Source: an uncultured Chloroflexia bacterium
Lineage (GTDB): Bacteria; Chloroflexota; Limnocylindria; Limnocylindrales; CSP1-4
Direction of reading: 5' to 3'
Length of the DNA: 64,000 nucleotides
Assembly (NCBI GenBank): GCA_963704145.1
Contig: CAVPHB010000006.1
Span: forward strand, 686,624-750,623
A program made the position numbers and the translations under genes. This document shows positions 32,771-42,533 of this stretch, one piece after another. Numbering within the stretch: the first letter of the stretch is position 1; the number at the start of each line of letters is the position of its first letter. The notes below the pieces were generated by a model. That model was not told where the DNA came from. It did no database searches and worked only from the letters and a program-made list of their open reading frames with translations.

Positions 32771-34267
32771 TCAATCGGTGCCTGGCCTGAGGTCCCGGAC
32801 GGCGTCGTAGCGTGGGCGGATCACCTCGACCGCCCAACGAAGGAGCAGCGAGCCGGGCTCGGGCGCGAAGTGCATCAGGGAGCGACGATGCTGCTCGAGG
32901 CGGCGCACCAGGCGCGGCACTCCCAGTCGGTGCGCAGCGTGGATCACGGCCCGCTCGCGCCGGGCCAGCCGGGGGCGGGGTCGGAGATGCAGCTGCCGCC
33001 CGTGCGCGGTGGCGAAGTCAGTGGCCGCGGCCAGACTGGCCGGCGCCATCAGCGCGGGGCCAACCAGATGGATGACCGAGGTGGCCGTGCGCTTGACGGT
33101 CGCAAACGAGCCGCGCGGGATGCCGCCCTCTTCGGCGATGCGGCGCGGCACGGGCTGGTCGTAGTAGCCGGGCACCGAGAACTGGGCCATCTCGGGCGAC
33201 ACGGCGATGGCCTGCACGCTCGGTTGCTCGGTCATGCCGAACACGGGCAGGGGCAGGTACACGAAGTTGACGCGCAGCCGGAACTCGGCCAATGAACAAC
33301 CCGACAGGTCGCCCCGCATCAGATCGCTTCGCGCGACGCGTCCCTTGCGCCACAGGGCGCCGCCGACCATGCCGTTGATCAGAACGCGGCCGTCAAGATA
33401 CGGCTCCAGGGCGAGCAGCGTGACGTCCTCGCCGCTCATGCCGCTGGCCAGGAACTCGGCCTCGGGCAGGTCAGTACGTTCTAGGTACGAGAGCCGGTCG
33501 AGCACCGCCACGCTCATGCCCAGGCGTGTGGCGCTGGCCGCGCCGCTATCGTCGTTGGTCGCGATGCCGGGCAGCGGCCGGCCCTCGGCGAAAGTCACCG
33601 CGTGCCGGCAACTGTGCCGCCCCGCGAGGACTGCCACGGCGGTGCTGTCGTAGCCCGACGAGACGGCCATCAGCGGTTCGTAGCTCGCGGCGTTGACGAG
33701 TGCCGAGGCCAGCGCCTCATCCAGCCGGCCGACGTAGTTGGAGTACGAGGTGAAAGGCGCTTCGCGCAGTTTGCGGTCCACCGTCAGCGACGTGTCAGGC
33801 GCGACCAGGAGGTTCTCGAAGAAGGCAAAGTGGACCGGCCGGCCGGAGGTCGGCACCTCGATCGGCGACCTGTCCAGGCCATCCGCCCCGGCCCGAAAGC
33901 GCGTCGGATAGTCGATTTCGTCGGCCAGCTCGAGGCCGGTCGCGCTGAGCAGCGCGACGAGCGAGTTGCACACGACCAGTTCGTCCCGCTGCCGGGCGTA
34001 GTAGATGCCCTCCAGGTTGTGCGCAGGCGGGACGATGTGCAGCCCGTCGGCGTCGGCAACCATGCCCGAGCCGAACACCGTCGTCGAATAGATGATCGAT
34101 TCGATCCCCGGCGCCCCGACCCACGTGCCCTCGAAGAACGCCGTGTCGGAGCACCTGACGGCCGCCCCGCAACGGACCTCGACCAGCGCCGGCCGGACGC
34201 GCGCGATCCACGCCAGCGGCGGCAGCGCTGGCGTGGGCAGGAATGCGAACCTCCAACTGGCTGTCAC
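32771..34267 (-). CDS. Hypothetical protein with asparagine synthetase-like PP-loop
   Basis: 498-aa ORF; VSSGYDSTAV resembles the SGGxDS PP-loop; YDQPVPRRI near the C-terminus. Confidence 0.6.
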   Translation of the reverse strand: MTASWRFAFLPTPALPPLAWIARVRPALVEVRCGAAVRCSDTAFFEGTWVGAPGIESIIYSTTVFGSGMVADADGLHIVPPAHNLEGIYYARQRDELVVCNSLVALLSATGLELADEIDYPTRFRAGADGLDRSPIEVPTSGRPVHFAFFENLLVAPDTSLTVDRKLREAPFTSYSNYVGRLDEALASALVNAASYEPLMAVSSGYDSTAVAVLAGRHSCRHAVTFAEGRPLPGIATNDDSGAASATRLGMSVAVLDRLSYLERTDLPEAEFLASGMSGEDVTLLALEPYLDGRVLINGMVGGALWRKGRVARSDLMRGDLSGCSLAEFRLRVNFVYLPLPVFGMTEQPSVQAIAVSPEMAQFSVPGYYDQPVPRRIAEEGGIPRGSFATVKRTATSVIHLVGPALMAPASLAAATDFATAHGRQLHLRPRPRLARRERAVIHAAHRLGVPRLVRRLEQHRRSLMHFAPEPGSLLLRWAVEVIRPRYDAVRDLRPGTD

Positions 34268-34335
34268 GGACGGCGATGATATGGCCGGCGGCTAGACTCG
34301 GCCGCAATGAGCTTCTCCTCGGCCGACGATCGCTG

Positions 34336-35211
34336 ATGCCGGCGAAGCTGCCGATCTACCGCTTGCTGCCTGATCCCTGGCGCGGCAGGATCGGCCTGCG
34401 GCGCGGGCGGCGCTGGCTGCAGGCGCTCAGTTTCGAGCGCCGTCACAACGCGCGTCAGCCGGCCCGTGCGCCGACGGTCAACTTCTACCCCATGCGTCCC
34501 GGGCCCAACTCGTCGATGGCCTACATCCTGGCCCGGCTTGGGGCGCGGATCGGTCATCAGCCGCGCGCCGACCAGTTGACCCTGGCCTGGGACACCGGCA
34601 CCTACTTCTCACCCGCCGCGGAGCGCCGCCTGCCGGGTGACACGATCAATCGGCGCTGCCTGGACATCTCGAAGGGCACCGTCGATCGGTTGTGGGAGCA
34701 GGTCGCGGGCTACTCGATCACCGTCGACCCGCTCACGACCAGCGGCCCGATCGTGGTCAAGCCGCAACTGAATGGCCAGCACGCCGGCCGCGTGGTCGAC
34801 GGACCACTGGCCCGGCTCGAACCCGGCCTGGTCCACCAGCGCCTGGTCGACAGCCGAGACGAGTCCGGCCGCATCCTCCACCTTCGGCTGGTCTTGATCG
34901 GCGGCCAGATCGTGCTCACCTATGCCAAGTGGCGTGACTATCCGCACTGGTTTCAGGGCGTCGAGCTGACGCTGCCGCGGGCGACCGACGAGTTCCTGTC
35001 GCCCGCCGAGCAGCGACTGCTGCGGCGCTTCGCGGACGCGCTCGGGCTTGAATACGGTGAGATCGACGCGCTGCGCGATCGCGAGTCCGGCCTGGTCTAC
35101 CCAGTCGATGCCAACCGGACGCCGGTGCGGCCGAAGGGCCTGCCGGTCGAGAGCGTCGCCGAGGCTTTCGGCCCGCAGGCAGAGGCGTTCGCCGCGCTCA
35201 TTGTTCGCTGA
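34336..35211 (+). CDS. Hypothetical protein, ATP-grasp-like
   Basis: IVVKPQLNGQHAG, HQRLVD, YGEIDALRDRESGLVYPVDANRTP resemble RimK/GSH-synthetase ATP-grasp motifs; start uncertain. Confidence 0.6.
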   Translation: MPAKLPIYRLLPDPWRGRIGLRRGRRWLQALSFERRHNARQPARAPTVNFYPMRPGPNSSMAYILARLGARIGHQPRADQLTLAWDTGTYFSPAAERRLPGDTINRRCLDISKGTVDRLWEQVAGYSITVDPLTTSGPIVVKPQLNGQHAGRVVDGPLARLEPGLVHQRLVDSRDESGRILHLRLVLIGGQIVLTYAKWRDYPHWFQGVELTLPRATDEFLSPAEQRLLRRFADALGLEYGEIDALRDRESGLVYPVDANRTPVRPKGLPVESVAEAFGPQAEAFAALIVR

Positions 35212-35223
35212 CGCTGGCGACGC

Positions 35224-36153
35224 TCAGCTGGCGGGGAGTCCTTGCGTCGAGGAGGTGATGTCGAGCCAGACGTCGCGCAGCGTGTCCGAGAGCGGCACCT
35301 GCGGCTGCCAGCCGGTGATCTCGCTGAGCAGCGCGTGATCGCCGCGGATCTCGAGCGCATCGTGCGGGCGGACCAGCGCCTCGTCGACCCGGACAACCGG
35401 ATAGACGCCGGCCAGCCCGGCCAGCTCGTCGATGATCGTGCGGATGGAGAAGGAATTGCCGGAGCAGACGTTGACCACCGCGCCGCCCGAAGCGAGGCGG
35501 CCGGCGGCGCCGGCTTCGAGCAGCAGGCGATATGCGCGCACGACGTCGCGCACGTCGGCGAAATCGCGCCGGACGTCAACGTTGCCGACCGCGATGTCCG
35601 CGCTTCGGCCGTTGGCGAAGTCGTGGACCCGCCGACACAGAGCGGGCACGACGAAGTCAGGCCGCTGGCCGGGGCCGAAATGGTTGAACGAGCGCGTCAC
35701 CACGGCGCGCAGGCCGAACCGAGCCGCGTATGCCAGCGCGACCGCTTCCTGCGCCGCCTTTGACAGGGCATACGGCGTCCGCGGCCGCAGCAGGCTCGTC
35801 TCGCGCAGCGGCAGGTCGGCCGGATCGGGCGTGCCGTAGACCTCGGCCGAGCCGGTCACCAGCAGCACCGGCGGGGCTGTCAGCCGGCGCAGGCCCTCGA
35901 TGACGTTGATTGTCCCGCCCACGGCGACGTCGAAGCTGCGCACCGGATCGGCGGCCGCGTCGGGGGCGAAGGCGACCGCGGCTAGGTGGGCGACGGCATC
36001 AGGGCGCGCCGCGGCGATGGCCGGGGCGAGCGCATCCGCATCGACCACGTCGATCTCGAGCGGCAGCTCGATCAGCGTGTGCCCGCCACGGCCCAGTTCG
36101 GCGGCCAGCCAGCGGCCCACGAAGCCGGAGGCGCCGATCAGCAGGACGCGCAT
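35224..36153 (-). CDS. GDP-4-keto-6-deoxymannose reductase-like NAD-dependent epimerase (Rmd-like)
   Basis: GASGFVG, HLAA, SAEVYG, YALSK, RSFNHFGPGQ, GNVDVRRDFADVRD; adjacent to gmd. Confidence 0.82.
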   Translation of the reverse strand: MRVLLIGASGFVGRWLAAELGRGGHTLIELPLEIDVVDADALAPAIAAARPDAVAHLAAVAFAPDAAADPVRSFDVAVGGTINVIEGLRRLTAPPVLLVTGSAEVYGTPDPADLPLRETSLLRPRTPYALSKAAQEAVALAYAARFGLRAVVTRSFNHFGPGQRPDFVVPALCRRVHDFANGRSADIAVGNVDVRRDFADVRDVVRAYRLLLEAGAAGRLASGGAVVNVCSGNSFSIRTIIDELAGLAGVYPVVRVDEALVRPHDALEIRGDHALLSEITGWQPQVPLSDTLRDVWLDITSSTQGLPAS

Positions 36154-36174
36154 GGGACCGTGCCGCAGGGCAGC

Positions 36175-37200
<1,026 letters not shown>

Positions 37201-37240
37201 CTAGATCGACACGCCGCCGGAGCACGACCATGCTGGGGCG

Positions 37241-38584
37241 GTGAGTCAGCCGGTTCTGCCGCCCAACGGTGCGCCGACGCGCGAGGCGGTAACTGATCCG
37301 GTGCCCGACCGGGCGCAGCACGGCCCGCTCGACGTGAGCAATGGCGGCGAGGCCCATCCGAACGCCTCGCCTGATGCTCGCGATCGGCTGGTGCTGGACC
37401 GCATCCGCAATGCCACCTACGCCCTGTTGGCCTTGCTTGGGGCGACGGTGGCCATCTCCATCTGGCGCGCACCGGCCGATGCACTGGCGATCGCACAGCT
37501 CTTGGCCACTCTTGCGCTGGCCGGCCTTGTCGCCGCGCAGTTCGAGCTCGGCCGGCGTCTCGGCCGGCGGCGCGAGGCGCGCGACGCTGGCATCACGCGC
37601 ATGTTGCAGGGCATGTCGCGCTCTGTCTCGCCCGATGCGATCGTACAGACAATCGTCGACGAGTTGCGCGGCGCAGCTGACGCAGACCACATCCTCGTTG
37701 CCCGACTGCGGCCAGTCGACCGGGTCGTCGAGGCGACGCTCGTGTCGAGCCGCGCGCGCGTCCCGCCATCGCGCTCAACGCTGCCCGCCGGCGTCCTCGA
37801 CCCGGCCCGCCTGCCCGGCGCTCAGCGGAGCGGGCGCGGGCCATCCCTGCTCGGCCCACCGGCCGAGCAGCTCGTGGCCGACGATCTCGCGCGCCGGCTG
37901 GCCGAGTCGTACGCGTTGGCCAACACGCTGGCCATGCCGCTCGTGGCCGAAGATCGGATCCTGGGGGCGCTGATCCTCTCGCGCCGCGAGCCGCGCGACT
38001 GGACGACCGGCGATCGCCGGCTGCTGTCCTGGGCGGCGCAGGAGATGTCAGCCGCCCTGAGCCGCGCGTTCGCCTTCGAGGAGGTCGAGAACCAGGCCAA
38101 CATCGACGCGCTCACCGGTCTGCCCAACCGGCGCTACCTCGAAGAGCTGCTGGCAACCGTCGGCCCGCGCCGCCGCTCGGTCGACCGGCTGGGTGTGCTG
38201 ATGATCGACCTTGATAACTTCAAGCGGCTCAACGACCGCTACGGCCAGGCCGTCGGCGACCGCGTGCTGCGTGCGGTCGGCGAACGGATCTTGGGTGCGG
38301 TGCGCGCGGACGACACGCCGGCGCGCTACGGGGGCGAGGAGTTTGCGGTCGTTCTGCGCCGGGCCAGCCCGGCGCAGGCGATCGAAGTGGCCGAGCGCAT
38401 CCGCGCCCAGGTCGAGGCCATCGAGCCCGGCCAGCTCGGAATCACCGAGCGGATCACCGTCTCGGTCGGCGTTGCCGTGGCCGACATTCGAGCCGGCGAA
38501 GTGCCCATCCTGCTCGAGGCTGCCGACGACGCGCTGTACCGCGCCAAACGCGAGGGTCGCAACCGCGTCGTCCTCGCGTCGTAA
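37241..38584 (+). CDS. Membrane GAF-GGDEF diguanylate cyclase
   Basis: Two TM helices, GAF-like region, DALTGLPNRR, DLDNFK, RADD I-site, RYGGEEF. Confidence 0.92.
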   Translation: MSQPVLPPNGAPTREAVTDPVPDRAQHGPLDVSNGGEAHPNASPDARDRLVLDRIRNATYALLALLGATVAISIWRAPADALAIAQLLATLALAGLVAAQFELGRRLGRRREARDAGITRMLQGMSRSVSPDAIVQTIVDELRGAADADHILVARLRPVDRVVEATLVSSRARVPPSRSTLPAGVLDPARLPGAQRSGRGPSLLGPPAEQLVADDLARRLAESYALANTLAMPLVAEDRILGALILSRREPRDWTTGDRRLLSWAAQEMSAALSRAFAFEEVENQANIDALTGLPNRRYLEELLATVGPRRRSVDRLGVLMIDLDNFKRLNDRYGQAVGDRVLRAVGERILGAVRADDTPARYGGEEFAVVLRRASPAQAIEVAERIRAQVEAIEPGQLGITERITVSVGVAVADIRAGEVPILLEAADDALYRAKREGRNRVVLAS

Positions 38585-38585
38585 C

Positions 38586-38683
38586 GCACGCTGGCACGCT
38601 GGCACGCTGGCACGCTGGAGCCGCTTGGGCGCTGGAGCGCTGTCACGCTGGCACGCTGGAGCCGCTGGGGCGCTGGAGCGCTG
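38586..38683. repeat. Tandem 8-9-bp repeats (GCACGCTG / GCGCTGGA)
   Basis: gcacgctg x4 followed by degenerate units up to about 38683. Confidence 0.85.
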
Positions 38684-38716
38684 CGGTCGTCTGCCGCCCG
38701 GCGGCCGGGTCAGTTC

Positions 38717-38851
38717 GCGCCCGGTGTTCGGTACGCGGACCTCGTCGAGGTGTTTCGATGCCATCTCGTGCCAGGTGTGCCACGACGGGACAGGTGGCAC
38801 GGCCGGCGGCCGTCATCCGCGGACGAGGTTCGTATCCGGCACTGCTGACAC
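38717..38851. repeat. 135-bp three-module palindromic element downstream of the HTH-nuclease gene, overlapping its stop codon
   Basis: GTN-N9-NAC cores at 38726, 38777 and 38828; central module GTGCCA-GGT-GTG-N9-GAC-AGG-TGGCAC. Confidence 0.8.
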
Positions 38852-39510
38852 AAACCAGATCCCGCGCAGCGGAGCCGCGGGTTGCCGCAGCCACGCGCGC
38901 ACCTCGCGGCTGCGGGCCGGATAGGCGGCCGCCATCGTTGCCGGATGCGCGGCCACGATCCGTCGGATCGCGTTGTCACGCGGCACGATGAGCAGACGGC
39001 CGACGATGTTTGGCCACCAACCGAAGCGGGCGTGGGCCAGCTTGGGTGCAAGTCGCTCCTTGACGTCGAGCGTCCTGTTCAGCTCCTCGAGTGAGCCGAA
39101 CTCGCTCTTGACCTCGCATACCGCTATGGCGAGCCGGGCCCCGTGCGCGGCGAAGATGTCGATCGAGCCACGCTCGCCGAACTCGGCGAAGGACAGCTCC
39201 ACCGCCGTCTGCCATCCGCGTGCCCGGAACACTCGTGCGGCGCGTTCCACCAGTGCCGCGTGTCGCTCATCGAGCAATCGGTCCGCCGCCGCGCCATTCC
39301 ACCACGGCACGAGTCGGCCGCGCCCGCCCGCTGCCTCGAGGATCCGCCTGACGCGGCCGAGCTTGACGTCTGCGGCGCGGCCGGCCTCGATGCGAATCAC
39401 GTCGATGCGCGGCACGCCGGCCCAGACCGCGAGCTCGTTCTGTGTATGGCCGGTCTTCCTGCGGATGAGCCGTAGCAGGTGAGCAAGCGCTCGTCGTCGT
39501 TGGTCGCCAC
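38813..39510 (-). CDS. XRE-type HTH + PD-(D/E)XK restriction-endonuclease-like protein
   Basis: LRLIRRKTGHTQNELA...IRIEAG (HTH); LLDERHAALVE; GSIDIF...VCEVKS (D...ExK). Likely start GTG 39510 (MATNDDERL) with a 1-nt frame break near 39485. Confidence 0.8.
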
Positions 39511-39592
39511 GGGGAACAAGTCTGGGCCGGCCCGCTTGCCGCGGACCTACCCCGGCCTCCTCTGCCAATTGCGCTTGGACGCCCACTGCCTT

Positions 39593-39727
39593 GCTCCGAA
39601 TGTCCCGATGTCGTACTCCGTCCCAAATCCGACGGCCCAAGAAGTGCCAGGGGTGCGAGCGCGAGACATCTGGCGCAATCCGGAGCCGTCTGGCGCGGAT
39701 GGAGTCCCTATCCGGGACATCTGCCAC
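39593..39727. repeat. 135-bp three-module palindromic element upstream of the HTH-nuclease gene
   Basis: Cores at 39602, 39653 and 39704; central module GTGCCA-GGG-GTG-N9-GAC-ATC-TGGCGC. Confidence 0.8.
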
Positions 39728-39770
39728 AAGAACGAACAACGAACCGTGTGGGAGCTTGCGCCCGATTTGA

Positions 39771-39810
39771 CCGACCACGGCCAACCCACGGCCACCACGG
39801 CCGACCACCG
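39771..39810. repeat. Short tandem repeat (about 4 x CC(G/A)ACCACGG)
   Basis: ccgaccacgg ccaacccacgg ccaccacgg ccgaccaccg. Confidence 0.7.
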
Positions 39811-39818
39811 TCGCGACG

Positions 39819-41198
39819 TTGAGCGCCTCGGATAGTCTGCTGCTCGTGGACACCAGTGTGGCGATCATCGGGCTTGGCTATGTCGGGCTGCCACTTGGGC
39901 TTGCCTTCGTCGAGGCCGGGTGCCGGGTCGTCGGCTACGACGACAACGCCGCCCGCCTGGAGTTGTTGCGCGCCGGCCACTCACCGGTCGATGACGTTTC
40001 GGACGCCCGGCTGGCCGACGGGCTGGCGCGTGGCTTGCTGCTTCGCTCGCCGGCCGACGCTGGCTTGGCCGACGCTGGCTTGGCCGACGCTGATGCAATC
40101 TTCGTGTGTGTCTCGACGCCGATCAACGCCGCGCGCGAGCCCGACCTCGGCGCCGTCCTTGGTGCCGCCGCCACGATTGCCGCGACGCTGCGCGCCGGCC
40201 AGCTGGTAGTGCTCCAGTCGACGACCTGGCCGGGCACAACCGGCGGTCCGTTCCGGACCGAGCTCGAGCGCTCCGGGCTGGCGGCCGGGCGCGACTTCGC
40301 GCTCGCCTTTGCGCCCGAGCGGATCAGCCCGGGCGACGGCCAGCGGGCCAGCGAGTCGCTGCCCCGTCTGGTCGGCGGCTTGACGCCGGCTGACACCGAG
40401 CGCGCCGCCGCGCTCCTGCGCCGGCTGGGCGGCGAAGTCCACGAACTGTCGTCGGCCGACGCGGCCGAGATGGCCAAGCTGCTCGAGAACGTGTTCCGCA
40501 ACGTCAACATCGCCCTGGTCAACCAGCTCGCCCTGCTGTGCGAGCGGATGGGGCTGGACGTGTGGGAGGTGATCGACGGCGCCGCGACCAAGCCGTTCGG
40601 CTTCATGCCCTTCCGGCCCGGCCCGGGGGTGGGTGGGCACTGCATCCCGGTCGATCCCTACTACCTCGCCTGGCGGGCGCGCCAATTCGGGCTCAACGAC
40701 CCATTCGTCGAGCTGGCCGGTGACATCAACGCGTCGATGCCGGGCCACGTCGCCGATCTAGTCGGCGACGCACTCGACGATCGCGGCCGGTCGACCAGCG
40801 CTGCGCGGGTGGGCATCCTCGGGGTGGCCTTCAAGCCCAACATCCGTGATGCGCGCAACGCACCGGCCGCGCAGGTCATGGCTGAGCTCGCACGTCGCGG
40901 CGCGCACGTCCGTTATCACGATCCACACGTGCTCGGCTTCACGGACGCCGCCGGCAGCGAATACCGGTCCGTCGCCCTGGACGAGCTGCTGGGCGAGAGC
41001 GACCTGATCGTGGCGCTGGTCGGCCACGAGGCCATCGACTGGCAGCGCGTCTACGCGAAAGCGCCGCTGATCGTGGATACCGTCAACACCTGTCGCGGTC
41101 AGCCGGTCAGGGCGCGCCAGGTCCTTCGTCTCGGCGCCGGCTGGGCGCAAGAGACGCGTAGCGCGACCGCACGACCGAGACCGCCCAACGGAAGATGA
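39819..41198 (+). CDS. Nucleotide-sugar dehydrogenase (UDP-GlcNAc/ManNAc dehydrogenase family)
   Basis: IGLGYVGLP, STTWPGTT, PERISPG, AEMAKLLENVFRNVNIA, PGVGGHC, FKPNIRDARN. Confidence 0.92.
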   Translation: MSASDSLLLVDTSVAIIGLGYVGLPLGLAFVEAGCRVVGYDDNAARLELLRAGHSPVDDVSDARLADGLARGLLLRSPADAGLADAGLADADAIFVCVSTPINAAREPDLGAVLGAAATIAATLRAGQLVVLQSTTWPGTTGGPFRTELERSGLAAGRDFALAFAPERISPGDGQRASESLPRLVGGLTPADTERAAALLRRLGGEVHELSSADAAEMAKLLENVFRNVNIALVNQLALLCERMGLDVWEVIDGAATKPFGFMPFRPGPGVGGHCIPVDPYYLAWRARQFGLNDPFVELAGDINASMPGHVADLVGDALDDRGRSTSAARVGILGVAFKPNIRDARNAPAAQVMAELARRGAHVRYHDPHVLGFTDAAGSEYRSVALDELLGESDLIVALVGHEAIDWQRVYAKAPLIVDTVNTCRGQPVRARQVLRLGAGWAQETRSATARPRPPNGR

Positions 41199-41232
41199 GC
41201 GTGCCACGACCCCGCCCGTGACATGCGCCCGC

Positions 41233-42489
41233 CTATTGCGGCGGCCGTCCGGCACGCGGCGCGGCCAGGCTGCGGTACGTGTCGTAGACGAGCGGCAGGA
41301 TGCGCCGCGCGGCGAACGGTTCGGCCGCCGCCGCGGCGGCCGCGGCCAGGCGATCGCGCGGCTGCTCGAGCACCCAGCGCAACGCGTCACCCAGCAGCAG
41401 CGCATCGCGTTCCTCGACGATCCGACCGTTGTCCCCAGGAACCACGGTGCTTTCGACTTCGCCGACGAGCGTCGTCACCACCGGCAGCCCACTGCCCAGC
41501 GCCTCGAGCACGACGCGTGGCCCGCCGCCCTCTGAGCGCGAGGTGACCAGCAGCGCGTCGCCCGCGTGCAACAGCCGGGCGACATGCTCCCTCGGCTGCT
41601 CGCCGACGAGATGGACGCGCCCGGCCAATCCCCGCTCGTGCGCGCGCCGTTCGACGGCCGGCCGCAGTTCGCCTTCGCCGGCCACGATCAGGCGCGTCGG
41701 CTGGTCGATCGAACCGGCCAGCTCGGCAAACGAATCGATTGCCAGCACCGGGTCCTTGACTTCCTCGAGCCGGCCCACGAACAGCACCAGCCGATCACCC
41801 GCCGCACTCGGCGGCAGGCGCAGCTGGGCCCGCACCGCGGCCCGCGCCGCGACACGCTCAGGCTCGGTCGGCGGCCGGAAGACGTCGTCGTCGTACCAGC
41901 CGGACAGGAACTGGATCCTTTCGGCCAGTTGCGGGTGATCGGCGCGCAGCAGGCGGACGCCGGTCTGGTTGGCCACGAAGACCCGCTCCATGCGCGCCAG
42001 GCCGACATCCGAGAATGGACGGTAGAGCCGGCTCAGCCGACGCCAGCCGGACGGTCCCGGCCAGGCGTCGATGTCCATGTGCACGAACTGGACGCGCGGT
42101 CCGCGATGCGCGGCGAAGAGGAAAGAGCGGTACGGCCGGTGCAGCTGCAGGATTGTGCCCGGCTGACGGGCCCGGCGCAGGAAGCGCAGCATGCCCAGGC
42201 CGGCGCGCGGCAGCCCAAGCGGAGCAGCGATCGACGCGCCTTCGCGGACGAGGGGCAGGAACAGCGCCGCGCGGGCACCGATCTCAACGACCGCCCAGCG
42301 GCCCACCGGCCGCCGGACCGGATCACTCGTCACACCGGCCATGGCGATCTGGAAATCGGGCGGCGAGTGCTTGACGAAGTCGCGCAGGAAAGTCTGGATT
42401 CCGCCGCTGGTGGGCGCGCCGAGATCGCGCGGATGGACGATCAACACTCGAACGGGATGCGCGGGCCGCACGGGATGCACGGGCCGCAC
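41233..42489 (-). CDS. Glycosyltransferase family 4
   Basis: GGIQT, LFVGRLEEVKD, SRSEGGGPRVVLEALGSGLPVV; start approximate. Confidence 0.88.
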   Translation of the reverse strand: MRPVHPVRPAHPVRVLIVHPRDLGAPTSGGIQTFLRDFVKHSPPDFQIAMAGVTSDPVRRPVGRWAVVEIGARAALFLPLVREGASIAAPLGLPRAGLGMLRFLRRARQPGTILQLHRPYRSFLFAAHRGPRVQFVHMDIDAWPGPSGWRRLSRLYRPFSDVGLARMERVFVANQTGVRLLRADHPQLAERIQFLSGWYDDDVFRPPTEPERVAARAAVRAQLRLPPSAAGDRLVLFVGRLEEVKDPVLAIDSFAELAGSIDQPTRLIVAGEGELRPAVERRAHERGLAGRVHLVGEQPREHVARLLHAGDALLVTSRSEGGGPRVVLEALGSGLPVVTTLVGEVESTVVPGDNGRIVEERDALLLGDALRWVLEQPRDRLAAAAAAAAEPFAARRILPLVYDTYRSLAAPRAGRPPQ

Positions 42490-42533
42490 CTTATAGGTCT
42501 GCGCTAGGATCGTTCGGTAATGGACGACGGTTG

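Noticed and set aside
38717-39727. CRISPR array interpretation of the 51-bp periodic modules
   Set aside because: Only three degenerate units per element, linkers of about 18 bp that are conserved between orphan copies, and no cas genes.
39511-39868. N-terminal 120-aa extension of the nuclease ORF as given in the track
   Set aside because: It runs through the repeat element and overlaps the divergent dehydrogenase. The real start is more likely GTG 39510.
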